From sequence record KP869113: a DNA stretch of 64,000 nucleotides; one strand, written 5' to 3'. A program made the translations under genes and the position numbers. This DNA comes from Escherichia coli O157 typing phage 15. Shown here piece after piece: positions 49,734 to 58,468 of this stretch (its first letter is position 1; each line of letters opens with the position of its first letter). The notes under the pieces are model-generated. The model made no database searches and was not told the DNA's origin. It worked only from the letters and a program-made list of their open reading frames with translations.

Positions 49734-49940
49734 TTAGGCATCGTAGTAATAAACTGCTGTCTGTCTTATGTACTTTCTTGTATTTCTTGTAAGGTAGCAA
49801 TTAGAGTTTATAGCTGTTTCTACATAGTTGCAATAGTCAGCCTCTGATATTCTAGACCATGCGCCACATACTTGCATGTAAAAACGTTTTACCTTTGTGT
49901 TAACGTTAGTTGTAACCATCAATTCACGACTATAAAGCAT
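49734..49940 (-). CDS. Small early protein (68 aa)
   Basis: First ORF of the small-gene array, preceded by a cassette-like RBS segment. Confidence 0.4.
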   Translation of the reverse strand: MLYSRELMVTTNVNTKVKRFYMQVCGAWSRISEADYCNYVETAINSNCYLTRNTRKYIRQTAVYYYDA

Positions 49941-50138
49941 TTTCGATTCTCCAGTTTAGGAAGTGGGCTTGCTTGCCCGTCTGATGCAAATAGTACGTAA
50001 ACTTGTTTGGCGTGTCAACGGTTTTTATTAAATATTTTTTGTAAGGTTGGGAAATGAACGGGCGCGCACGACTACCACAAAACAGAACACAAATCAAGAA
50101 TTATTTTTCAACCCGCTACAAATTTTTCTCTTGACTTT

Positions 50139-50175
50139 TGGGGAGAGGTGGAGTAAGAGGGGGAGAGGGGTTGGT
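50139..50175. other. Purine (G)-rich tract GGGGAGAGGTGGAGTAAGAGGGGGAGAGGGGTTGG
   Basis: Conspicuous G-run cluster in an otherwise AT-rich non-coding region. Confidence 0.6.
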
Positions 50176-50194
50176 CTGGCTCTCTATAAAAACC

Positions 50195-50385
50195 TACCTG
50201 CACGATTCTAAAATGATTTTTCTTGCCCGACCTGAGCGGGGTCTGCACGTTTTGAAAATGAAAAAGCTCTTTGGAGATTACCTGCACAGTTTGAAAATGA
50301 ATTTTCTCTTTGGAGTTCAAAATTCTCTCTACAGATTTCTCTACAGAACTCTACCTGCACAATCCTGAAATGAAAAAGCCCTCCT
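50195..50385. repeat. Four direct iteron-like repeats (C)CTGCAC-N2-(T/C)-N3-TGAAA(A)TGA(A/T)
   Basis: Copies at about 50195, 50243, 50280 and 50354 inside a 500-bp non-coding region. Confidence 0.55.
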
Positions 50386-50446
50386 TACCTGAAAAATTTA
50401 CCAGATAAAGAAGGCTTAGTCTATTGTGAATATTATACAGAGTTTC

Positions 50447-51232
50447 TTAGTTCTTTGCGTCTAAGAAGGTAACTTCTGGTGAAGAGAAGACCGTCTCGAT
50501 ATCCTCATCAGTTCTTGCATAAATATATGTATCTGCATCACTGCCAAATGTTACGGCTATCCTGTGATTGCTCTTCGACAGGTGGGTAACTAGAGCGTTA
50601 CTTAGAGACATCTTCTCAACCGGAGGGTTACTTTGATGTATCTTACCTTTTCTTCGTCTGAAGAGGGTAACTGTATCATCTTTGAACGTTACTACACCTG
50701 CAAAGTATTCTGGTTCACAGTAGTTATTCCAACCTGAGCGTAACTTGTGGTACATCTCTCCTTCGTAGACATACAGATAAACATCTACACTCTTCATCAC
50801 CTGATTAATGATAACTGTGACGGCTTGAGGGTCAAGTCCACCGATACCTGCACCAATCATAGGTAAACCAACCTTCTTCAACTGATTAACTTCACAGTAT
50901 CTGTTAAGCTGTTTCAAAGATGACTCTAAAGCACTGTATCGGGCATCTTTACCAGTCTTAAGCTGAGTGTAAAGGTTAGCTATACGACCTTGTTTTAAAC
51001 GTGCTACAGAGAAATTACCCAGTAAATTTTCACAGGGTTTGTGTCCTATACCACCTGCATACAGATAAACTTCTGTATCGGTCTCATATGCTTTTGGGTA
51101 AAGTTTAGAAATCTTGTCAGCGATACCTGCACCCATTAAATTCATACAGTTGCAACCGTGACCGATGATGTCAAACTTACCTTTATCAAATGCGGCAAAG
51201 ATATCACCATTAATTATTTTTACAATACCCAT
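50447..51232 (-). CDS. Macro-domain protein (TARG1/OARD1-like ADP-ribose-processing family), 261 aa
   Basis: N-terminal NGDIF...IIGHGCNCMNLMGAGIA and internal GLPMIGAGIGGL resemble the GDLF...HCIS.D..MGAGIA and P.IGCGLD motifs of TARG1-type macrodomains (from memory). Confidence 0.55.
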   Translation of the reverse strand: MGIVKIINGDIFAAFDKGKFDIIGHGCNCMNLMGAGIADKISKLYPKAYETDTEVYLYAGGIGHKPCENLLGNFSVARLKQGRIANLYTQLKTGKDARYSALESSLKQLNRYCEVNQLKKVGLPMIGAGIGGLDPQAVTVIINQVMKSVDVYLYVYEGEMYHKLRSGWNNYCEPEYFAGVVTFKDDTVTLFRRRKGKIHQSNPPVEKMSLSNALVTHLSKSNHRIAVTFGSDADTYIYARTDEDIETVFSSPEVTFLDAKN

Positions 51233-51433
51233 TTAACATCTCTCCCAAGATTCTTTGTCTTCTGAAGGTTTTACACGTTGTCCTTCGTGGTCTACCCAGA
51301 TGCACCCACAACCTTCACAGATTACTGGCATTGCATAACCAGCTTTAAAGTCATCTTCAGTGATAAGACCTTTTAAGTCACCTGTATCACGTCCGAACAT
51401 TTCGATAGAACAGTCTTTGCAGAAGTCAGCCAT
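51233..51433 (-). CDS. Small zinc-ribbon protein (about 66 aa)
   Basis: CxxC...CxGC motifs (CKDC, CEGCGC); track ORF trimmed to an internal ATG to avoid overlap. Confidence 0.4.
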   Translation of the reverse strand: MADFCKDCSIEMFGRDTGDLKGLITEDDFKAGYAMPVICEGCGCIWVDHEGQRVKPSEDKESWERC

Positions 51434-51653
51434 TGATAATTGCCTCTTGAATGATGATACCTTTACCACAACGGCTTTTAAAATCTTCCAACGGTTGGGA
51501 GATGAAGCCACGCAAGCAATCACTAAACACTAAGTTTTTCCTGTAGGCTATCACATCGTTTGCTGTAAACGGGATGACTTCATTTCTTCCAATGAATACT
51601 GCTGACCGGATGAGTTTCCGTGTCTTTTTATCTCTGGCTAGAATTACTCTCAT
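51426..51653 (-). CDS. Hypothetical protein (75 aa)
   Basis: Track ORF. Confidence 0.35.
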   Translation of the reverse strand: MRVILARDKKTRKLIRSAVFIGRNEVIPFTANDVIAYRKNLVFSDCLRGFISQPLEDFKSRCGKGIIIQEAIING

Positions 51654-51993
51654 AGTTTACCTTCTCAGTTAGCTCATATAAATCAACATGCTCAATACTA
51701 TCAATGTTGATATCAATCTTTTTGAAGCGTTCTATCACTTCGTTGTCAGTCATCCATATCAGACACCAATGATTCTGAATGGATTCTTCAAGAAGGTCAA
51801 CACAATCTTTAAAAGTTTTTGTATCACTTCTCGTTCCAACTACTGCGATTGTTCCATATAGCCACCCACCATTGCCATAAGATACTTGCGCTACGCCAAC
51901 TTCTTTACCTTTCTCGTAGTAAACGGCTACAAAGTCTCTTCCATTAATCTGCATTTGTAAGTTCCTCTGTTGGTAATTCACCATTTTCAGCAA
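51628..51993 (-). CDS. Hypothetical protein (121 aa)
   Basis: Track ORF; start uncertain. Confidence 0.35.
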   Translation of the reverse strand: MLKMVNYQQRNLQMQINGRDFVAVYYEKGKEVGVAQVSYGNGGWLYGTIAVVGTRSDTKTFKDCVDLLEESIQNHWCLIWMTDNEVIERFKKIDINIDSIEHVDLYELTEKVNYESNSSQR

Positions 51994-52258
51994 AGTATTG
52001 AAGGTACGGCAACAACTCTTTTACCTGTTCTTGATTGAGCTTCATTCTTTGATTACCTATAAAATCTTTACCAACTAATGCTGGGATATCAAGTGTTTTC
52101 CAGCCATTATCTAGGTACTGAACAGAGACCTCTTTAGCACCTAACCAGATACATGGTTCGTATGATGAACTCTCTTGTAAAGTACAAATTTCCCCTTTAG
52201 CATCTTTAAATTCTGCATAAGAAAATCCACGATTTGTTGGCTGGAATTGCATAATCAT
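51944..52258 (-). CDS. Hypothetical protein (104 aa)
   Basis: Track ORF; start uncertain. Confidence 0.35.
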   Translation of the reverse strand: MIMQFQPTNRGFSYAEFKDAKGEICTLQESSSYEPCIWLGAKEVSVQYLDNGWKTLDIPALVGKDFIGNQRMKLNQEQVKELLPYLQYFAENGELPTEELTNAD

Positions 52259-52527
52259 TTCCTCGTTTTAAGAACTGCTAAGATTTCTTTAGAGTCTGGT
52301 AGGAACCATGTGTAGTGATTCTCTTTGATTTCTGGATGAGTGTCAACCTTTATTTTGCACTCTTTACCAACATGCTTAAGCTGTGCTGTGATACCTTGCA
52401 TAAAGATGTGACACATTACATTATCCATAATCGTAGGTAAGAAATCAATCCTCATGTAAGTATCTTTCGGTCTCGGTAGAAGTAAGTAACCTTCTGTGTA
52501 GAAAGTTTCATCATTACTTTGTGTCAT
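52255..52527 (-). CDS. Hypothetical protein (90 aa)
   Basis: Track ORF, coupled. Confidence 0.4.
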   Translation of the reverse strand: MTQSNDETFYTEGYLLLPRPKDTYMRIDFLPTIMDNVMCHIFMQGITAQLKHVGKECKIKVDTHPEIKENHYTWFLPDSKEILAVLKTRK

Positions 52528-52793
52528 TACTGCTTATTCCCTAATAAAATCATATCAATCAAGTTGTTAGCTTTCATAGTACACTGATAGTACCCGTCAC
52601 GATAAAACTCAAGGGCTTCTGATAAGTCTGCACCAGTGTTACCTTTGACAGCATATCTTACATCTTCCTGAGTGTACTTATCACTTTCACTTACTTGGGA
52701 GTTTTTGAATGTATTGCTCACTTTGTTCGTTGAACACCCTGACATAGTTATCAGTAACACAAACATTATAAAACTCTGGCTTAGTCTTTTCAT
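52527..52793 (-). CDS. Outer-membrane lipoprotein spanin (o-spanin, Rz1-like), overlapped
   Basis: Signal peptide with lipobox LLITMSGC; 88 aa; gene starts inside the 3' part of the i-spanin gene in another frame. Confidence 0.6.
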   Translation of the reverse strand: MKRLSQSFIMFVLLITMSGCSTNKVSNTFKNSQVSESDKYTQEDVRYAVKGNTGADLSEALEFYRDGYYQCTMKANNLIDMILLGNKQ

Positions 52794-53034
52794 ATGTCAG
52801 TACCTCTTTTGTGTGCTTATTCTTAGCAAGCACGTCTTTCAAATCATTTTTGTAATTGGTGCTCAGTGTAGCTAATCCTTCCTGATAAGCATCTTTAGCA
52901 ACACTTATTAGCTTCTGGTTGTTTAGCTCAGTTTCAGCAACTTGGTAGTCTCTGTAAGAGTATCCTCCCCAGACACCTGCCCCAACTAAGAAAACAATTA
53001 TGAAAGTAGCTTGACAGAACTCTTTAAATGTCAT
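52687..53034 (-). CDS. Inner-membrane spanin (i-spanin, Rz-like)
   Basis: N-terminal transmembrane anchor FIIVFLVGAGVWGGYSY then charged helical periplasmic domain; classic overlapped Rz/Rz1 layout. Confidence 0.6.
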   Translation of the reverse strand: MTFKEFCQATFIIVFLVGAGVWGGYSYRDYQVAETELNNQKLISVAKDAYQEGLATLSTNYKNDLKDVLAKNKHTKEVLTYEKTKPEFYNVCVTDNYVRVFNEQSEQYIQKLPSK

Positions 53035-53086
53035 TTAACAATCTCCTGAAATGAAAAAGGCTCCCGAAGGAGCCTGTATCTTAACC

Positions 53087-53566
53087 TTAACCGAGGACTT
53101 TAGCAAGGATATTTGCAGCCATCGAAGAAGCTTTTGCAGCAGCAACTACGCCAGCTTTGACAGTGCTATCCTTAATAGCAGATACCGTTGCAGCATCAGT
53201 AAAGAGATAAGTGATTGTTTTGGAACCACTTGTAAAGGAAAGCATAAGGGTAGTTTCCAGATTGAAAGAGCGATACGGAGCACCTTCTTTAACGATACCT
53301 TCAGCACCTAACTCTGAAGCCTTACCCATATCATAGATAGTCATCAGGTTTTCTTTGTGTGCAGTCGTTGAACCAACACCTTTTACGTGCTTCTTAACGT
53401 TCAACAATGCACGATATTCACGAATGCTACCATCAGCTTTTACATTAACAGCACGGAAAATTTTACCTTCAAAGTTACCTTGAATCATTTTACGAACTAC
53501 TTCAGATTTGTTTGCCGTATCGTCCAGTGCTACCGTAATGATATTGTTCATAAGTTCTTCTCTCAA
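53087..53566 (-). CDS. Hypothetical protein (159 aa)
   Basis: Track ORF with RBS. Confidence 0.4.
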   Translation of the reverse strand: MREELMNNIITVALDDTANKSEVVRKMIQGNFEGKIFRAVNVKADGSIREYRALLNVKKHVKGVGSTTAHKENLMTIYDMGKASELGAEGIVKEGAPYRSFNLETTLMLSFTSGSKTITYLFTDAATVSAIKDSTVKAGVVAAAKASSMAANILAKVLG

Positions 53567-54258
53567 TGTTTAACTAACATGGTTTTAATGTGTGGAAGGA
53601 TTCTGTTTACCTTCTGAACATTCTTCTCTGTATCTTCTATAAAGCATACTATATTAAAGTAAGGAAGAATGCAAGACTGAATCATCCTCACTTTCAAACT
53701 TTCTGCACTTATAGAGTTAGTTCCAAAACCACGCATAAAAAGCAAGTAATCATGCTCTATATTGTGCCTTAAAAACATCTCAGTAGGTATTCTCTGAGAT
53801 TCACCTCTTGCTGTCAAGAGTCCAACTGCTGCATGATTTGCAATTGCATCAATAATGTTGAAAACATATGTTGGTTTTGCTCTTACAGAATCAAGAAGAT
53901 TAGTGTACTGTGAGAATGACCCATCAGTCAATTCCGTTGAGCAATCTTCGTGATTAAAATTTGTAAGAACACCATCAATATCTGCTAAGATGAGGTTACC
54001 TTTTTCTACAAGGTCTTTATTGACTATCACTAAACTATCACGCCTTACACCTATAGTTTGTCCAGTCTCTTTGTCCACAACGTTCACAATGGGTTCTGAT
54101 GTGTGGAACTCTTCAAGTGAACATACAACCTCTCTTGCAGTGTCTTCAAAATCTCTGCACTGTTCTGGAGTCCATACACAGGAATCAAGACCTAACTCAT
54201 GAGGATGCAAGTCATAAGCGTGGCACAGGACTTCATCAGACTTTCTTAATTTTTTCAT
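53563..54258 (-). CDS. HAD-superfamily phosphatase-like protein (231 aa)
   Basis: HAD motif I DxDGV (LILADIDGVLTNF), downstream GLLTARGE (motif II-like) and C-terminal acidic motif. Confidence 0.5.
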   Translation of the reverse strand: MKKLRKSDEVLCHAYDLHPHELGLDSCVWTPEQCRDFEDTAREVVCSLEEFHTSEPIVNVVDKETGQTIGVRRDSLVIVNKDLVEKGNLILADIDGVLTNFNHEDCSTELTDGSFSQYTNLLDSVRAKPTYVFNIIDAIANHAAVGLLTARGESQRIPTEMFLRHNIEHDYLLFMRGFGTNSISAESLKVRMIQSCILPYFNIVCFIEDTEKNVQKVNRILPHIKTMLVKH

Positions 54259-54784
54259 GATTTACCTTAGAAATGTTTGTTGCAAATTCACATTGAGCGA
54301 TAACTTTCATATTGTTATAGACATCTTGAGAGTATTTCTTAGCTTTAGGGATTCTGTACGAATACCCAGCATTATATGATGCTAAAACTTTTTGTAAAGT
54401 CTTCTTTGACTTTGGGTGACCATGCACCTTCGTCCAAAACTCAAGCTCTTTATGTGTTTCTTTTGCGGCATAGTCAAAATCTTTTAAGAGTTTCTTTTTA
54501 GCAACATTAGGACTAATTTTGTTACGCTTTACAACAGTCTTCAAGTGATTCTGGAAGATACCATAGTCATGGGTCTTTTTATTTTCTACCTTCAGACCTA
54601 ACTCTGACTCTTGTAAGGCTATAGCTGCTAGAGTGATACCCCAACCTTTACCCATGTTATTCTCACCATACTGGTAAGCTTTTAACATGTTCACTTTTTG
54701 GCTAATTGATAGCTCTGGGCAGTCAACTGCATAAGATAAGTGTGCTGTAAACATTAAGCACAAACCTAGAATCAATTTCTTCAT
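54236..54784 (-). CDS. Secreted lytic-transglycosylase-domain (SLT-like) protein
   Basis: Signal peptide MKKLILGLCLMFTAHLSYA; catalytic-type ALQESELG motif and ASYNAGYSY motif typical of SLT domains. Confidence 0.5.
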   Translation of the reverse strand: MKKLILGLCLMFTAHLSYAVDCPELSISQKVNMLKAYQYGENNMGKGWGITLAAIALQESELGLKVENKKTHDYGIFQNHLKTVVKRNKISPNVAKKKLLKDFDYAAKETHKELEFWTKVHGHPKSKKTLQKVLASYNAGYSYRIPKAKKYSQDVYNNMKVIAQCEFATNISKVNHEKIKKV

Positions 54785-54884
54785 TGGTTCTCCTGTTTAG
54801 TTTATCGTGACAACAATTATACAGCACTCTGCACAAAATACAAATAAAAAAGGCCGCCGAAGCAGCCTTTTAAGAAATTACTTA

Positions 54885-55994
54885 TTAGATTTCACGTTTA
54901 CGTTGAGAGATGAGTTCACCAGCAGTGCCAACGATGACATGCAAAGCTTCAGTCTTACCATCCCATGCTTCCAGCACTTTACGTTGATTATCAACGATTG
55001 CTGCAACTTCATAACGAGAGGAACGCATCTTCATATCGTTGTAATCAGTTGGAACAGATACAACATCTCGTGGATGTACGCGAACCTTCAGGATTGTATC
55101 ACCTGAGAAGCAACGAACATAATCCCAAGCACCAACATGAAGACCTTGAGAGCAAGTTACGTTACGGTTATTATCAACCATCCAACGTGGCATTTCTACA
55201 ATGTTACCCAAATCATTAGGCACTTTGTAGGTGTGAGAGTCAACCAGCTTGCCTTCACGAGTAGAGACTTTCTTCCAACCAATGATGTAGCCTTCTTCAT
55301 CAATTTCAACATCAAGGTGAGATACAAATCCCCAAAGTTGTTCTACAGAATCTTTAGATGGGTTTTCCATCAGTTTTTCGAAGAACATTACAAGTCGTTC
55401 AAAACCTTTATCGCCAGTTTTCATCATGTGAAGAATACGGTCAACCAGAGTAGAACGCATCTCAACAGCACCGTAGAATAGCTTGTCACCTTTGATTGTG
55501 ATAGCACCCTGAGTGAAGTTTTCGATAGACTTACGAATGTTCATCAGTTCAAATGCTTTCTTGAACTCACCTTTCACAACATGAACTACAATCTCTTGAT
55601 AGTTCGGATGAGTAGACTCAACAATTTCAGATTCTGAACCATAAGTCATAATTACAGAATCACCAGTAATCATGTACTCAATCTTGTCATCTTTCTGCAT
55701 AGCTTCGTGCAGTTTATTTACTGGAGCTTTCTGTACAGTGTCTTTAACGACCTTTTCAACTGGTTTGCCAGCTTTCTTTTTAAAAGTCTTAGCAAATTGT
55801 TTCAAAGTCTTCGTAGCTGGTGTAGAAGTTGCCTTCTTCTTGCCTTTTAAGGTTGCTTCATGACGCTCTACAGCACGACCAACTGAACGGGTTGAAGTAT
55901 TGAACTTCTGTGCAATAGCTGTTTTAGTCAGCTTACCTTCTTTAACCAGTTTGTAAATTTCTGCGTCAATCTGTGCTTTAGTTTTAGTAGTCAT
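54885..55994 (-). CDS. rIIB: rIIB-like protein (369 aa)
   Basis: Immediately downstream of the rIIA-like gene on the same strand, in the T4-type rIIA-rIIB arrangement; basic N-terminus. Confidence 0.5.
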   Translation of the reverse strand: MTTKTKAQIDAEIYKLVKEGKLTKTAIAQKFNTSTRSVGRAVERHEATLKGKKKATSTPATKTLKQFAKTFKKKAGKPVEKVVKDTVQKAPVNKLHEAMQKDDKIEYMITGDSVIMTYGSESEIVESTHPNYQEIVVHVVKGEFKKAFELMNIRKSIENFTQGAITIKGDKLFYGAVEMRSTLVDRILHMMKTGDKGFERLVMFFEKLMENPSKDSVEQLWGFVSHLDVEIDEEGYIIGWKKVSTREGKLVDSHTYKVPNDLGNIVEMPRWMVDNNRNVTCSQGLHVGAWDYVRCFSGDTILKVRVHPRDVVSVPTDYNDMKMRSSRYEVAAIVDNQRKVLEAWDGKTEALHVIVGTAGELISQRKREI

Positions 55995-56073
55995 CTTATT
56001 ACTCTCTCTTGTTAGTTAATCAATCAATTTGTGAGGCTATTCTAAGGGGCTTCAAAGCCCCTTGTCAAACACT

Positions 56074-58440
56074 TTAATCGTAAATTGTTGTACCTTCTGG
56101 AACACATTTCACATTAAAGCCTAAAAACTTACTCACTTCGATAGGTGATACTTTATTCCAATCTAAGTGTGAAAGCAAGAAGTTTTCTTGTTTTCTTTTT
56201 GAAAGATAGTTTGTCAGCTTGATAACCATGCGGTCACCTGCTTTCTTAATCTTTTTGTACAGTTTTGTGTCATTATCAAGGCATGTCTTCAAATCCTGAA
56301 GAACACTGATAGTGTAAGTGTATGCAAACGGTGCAGCCACATACTGAATCTTACCAAACATTGCCTCAACAGCATCTTCATTCCCTTCTAAGAAGATTGT
56401 CTTAATAGTATCCCTTGAATAACAATACCCGCGAGAAATCTTCCTGTTATTGAACGTAAAGTTTCTGGCAATAATCCAACTGCTTGTAAGGTCGAGGACA
56501 CCATCCATGTAGATGCGTGTCATATACCTGTTATGGTTAATCCAATGAACATCAGTTAAGCTGTCGTTCAAGAGCTTCTCATCTACTTCAATCCAGTCTT
56601 CTGGTATCTTTTTCCAATTTGCTTTTCGGAAAACATAGACTGTCTTGCCTGTAACATTAGCAACTGACTTAGCTACATCCTCTGGAGATGAGCAAAAACA
56701 TCTACCATCAACTGTGTCACCTACTGCCTTAATATAAAGCTGAGGCTCTTCAATTGTGTCTAAGTCTTCTGACACCTCTTTGTATGAAGCTTTAGTTTCT
56801 GCTGGAACAGCTTTCCAGAGTTTTACAACACCCCTTACAGCTTCTTTACGCTGATAGTGGTGTTCCTTATCAGACATCTTCACAATCTTTAACAAGCTTT
56901 TATCAAGTTTGTGTAGATTGATTAAATCATCTAACTCTTTTTCAGTCGAGAATACAAAGACAATACCATTGTATCTGTGAAACAGATTTGACTCACTGGC
57001 GTAGTCTCGACATGCACCACGCAAAATTTGATTGCGTCCTACAGTCTTCTCAGTACCGTTTTTATTGCGACGGTCATTAATCACGAACAAAAACTGTTCA
57101 ATTTGGCTTTTACGCATTGCACCAAAGATATTGAACATACTTGCCTCTTGAGTGTAGGAAAGTGCTGTTGCACGAATCTTACTCTCTAAAGAGTTGAACT
57201 TGACATAAGCAACTGGGTCATAAAGATAATCTACTTTAGGGATATTGTTCCCGTTCCTATCAACCTTAATATTGCCTTTACCGTCACGTTCATAAATGAC
57301 TGAGCCGTCTTCTGCGTAGATAATTCCACGACGAATGTTTAACAATTCTTCTTCCAGAGAATCAAGCTTAATGCCTCCCCACTCTAGCTTTGGACACACA
57401 GCATTAAACATCTCTCGTGAGTTCAAACGTAGCTCTGCATAAGCCTGTGCAGCATCCATGAGTGTAGGTTGGCTATTAACTTTCTTGATAACATCCTTTG
57501 TAATTGCTTCAGTTATCTTTTTGGTAGCCTCGATGATAACATTTTTTGTCGTATCATTCATCTGCAATGCTTCACGAGAAGCTGCTATAGCAACTGAACC
57601 AATAGGCATGTAGATGTTTACAAGGTCTACGCTCCTACGGAAAAACTCTGGCAAGACTTTGAAGAAATCATCACCAAGTAATGCTTCCATGTTCACTGGA
57701 TAGGCAATATTACCCATCACCACATTAAACTCTGTCCTGTTACCACTAGAACGCCAGCTTTGCTTATGAATCATGGCATCATAAACACCTTCTTCACGGG
57801 CAATGACGTTCATATCTGCTAATACATCGTCGTACTCAATATTACTTTCTGGTTTTACAGTGAAGTATGAGTACACATTTCCAGCTTCTTCAAAGAACTT
57901 TGAGATACGGTGGTCAGCAACTGCCACACGTACAGCTAAACCATTAGGTTCTTTTGTTGGGTTAGTGGTCAGCTTAGTTACTTGAGGGATACCATTCTCA
58001 AGATAAACAGAGTACTTATTAACAACACCATCAACATAGCTAGATACTGTGAATGACTGAGCAATTGCAAATGGGGATTTTGAGCCGATACCCATTGCAC
58101 CAATGTAGTCATTAGAGTCATTCTTCGTAGAAGCCCCGTAGTTTAGGTACAAACTCATAACTTTATCATGAGTCAATCCAGTTCCAAAATCACGAACTTC
58201 AAAGTAAGGCTCAAAACGAGTAGGTAAATGCACATGGAACGGGATGTTCTCTTTTCCAGCTTCTTTCTGAGCATCTACTGCGTTACATGACAGTTCACGA
58301 ATCACTGCCCTTTCTTTAAAGGTATATACACCAGAACTCAAAAGGCTGAACATCTCAGGTGTCATTGTAATCTGTGCTTGAGACGTCTCTAAAGAAGTTG
58401 AACTCTTAATCACTTCTGCGTGGTCATTTACCATGCGCAT
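56074..58440 (-). CDS. rIIA: rIIA-like protein with N-terminal GHKL (Bergerat) ATPase fold (788 aa)
   Basis: N-terminal motifs RELSCNAVDAQ (N-box), RDFGTGL (G1), GAMGIGSKS (G2) as in rIIA-family HATPase domains; size matches. Confidence 0.65.
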   Translation of the reverse strand: MRMVNDHAEVIKSSTSLETSQAQITMTPEMFSLLSSGVYTFKERAVIRELSCNAVDAQKEAGKENIPFHVHLPTRFEPYFEVRDFGTGLTHDKVMSLYLNYGASTKNDSNDYIGAMGIGSKSPFAIAQSFTVSSYVDGVVNKYSVYLENGIPQVTKLTTNPTKEPNGLAVRVAVADHRISKFFEEAGNVYSYFTVKPESNIEYDDVLADMNVIAREEGVYDAMIHKQSWRSSGNRTEFNVVMGNIAYPVNMEALLGDDFFKVLPEFFRRSVDLVNIYMPIGSVAIAASREALQMNDTTKNVIIEATKKITEAITKDVIKKVNSQPTLMDAAQAYAELRLNSREMFNAVCPKLEWGGIKLDSLEEELLNIRRGIIYAEDGSVIYERDGKGNIKVDRNGNNIPKVDYLYDPVAYVKFNSLESKIRATALSYTQEASMFNIFGAMRKSQIEQFLFVINDRRNKNGTEKTVGRNQILRGACRDYASESNLFHRYNGIVFVFSTEKELDDLINLHKLDKSLLKIVKMSDKEHHYQRKEAVRGVVKLWKAVPAETKASYKEVSEDLDTIEEPQLYIKAVGDTVDGRCFCSSPEDVAKSVANVTGKTVYVFRKANWKKIPEDWIEVDEKLLNDSLTDVHWINHNRYMTRIYMDGVLDLTSSWIIARNFTFNNRKISRGYCYSRDTIKTIFLEGNEDAVEAMFGKIQYVAAPFAYTYTISVLQDLKTCLDNDTKLYKKIKKAGDRMVIKLTNYLSKRKQENFLLSHLDWNKVSPIEVSKFLGFNVKCVPEGTTIYD

Positions 58441-58468
58441 AATACTTTCCTCTTAGTTTACTGTTAAA

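Noticed and set aside
44165-49735. CRISPR array as explanation for the regularly repeated intergenic elements
   Set aside because: Repeat units are 65-95 bp, separated by 200-550 bp protein-coding genes rather than 25-40 bp spacers, and each ends in an RBS plus ATG; they are promoter/leader cassettes.
50138-50368. Plus-strand ORF (76 aa) across the iteron region
   Set aside because: Translation is driven by the direct repeats; the repeated ATGA within the iterons gives a false ORF; no RBS.
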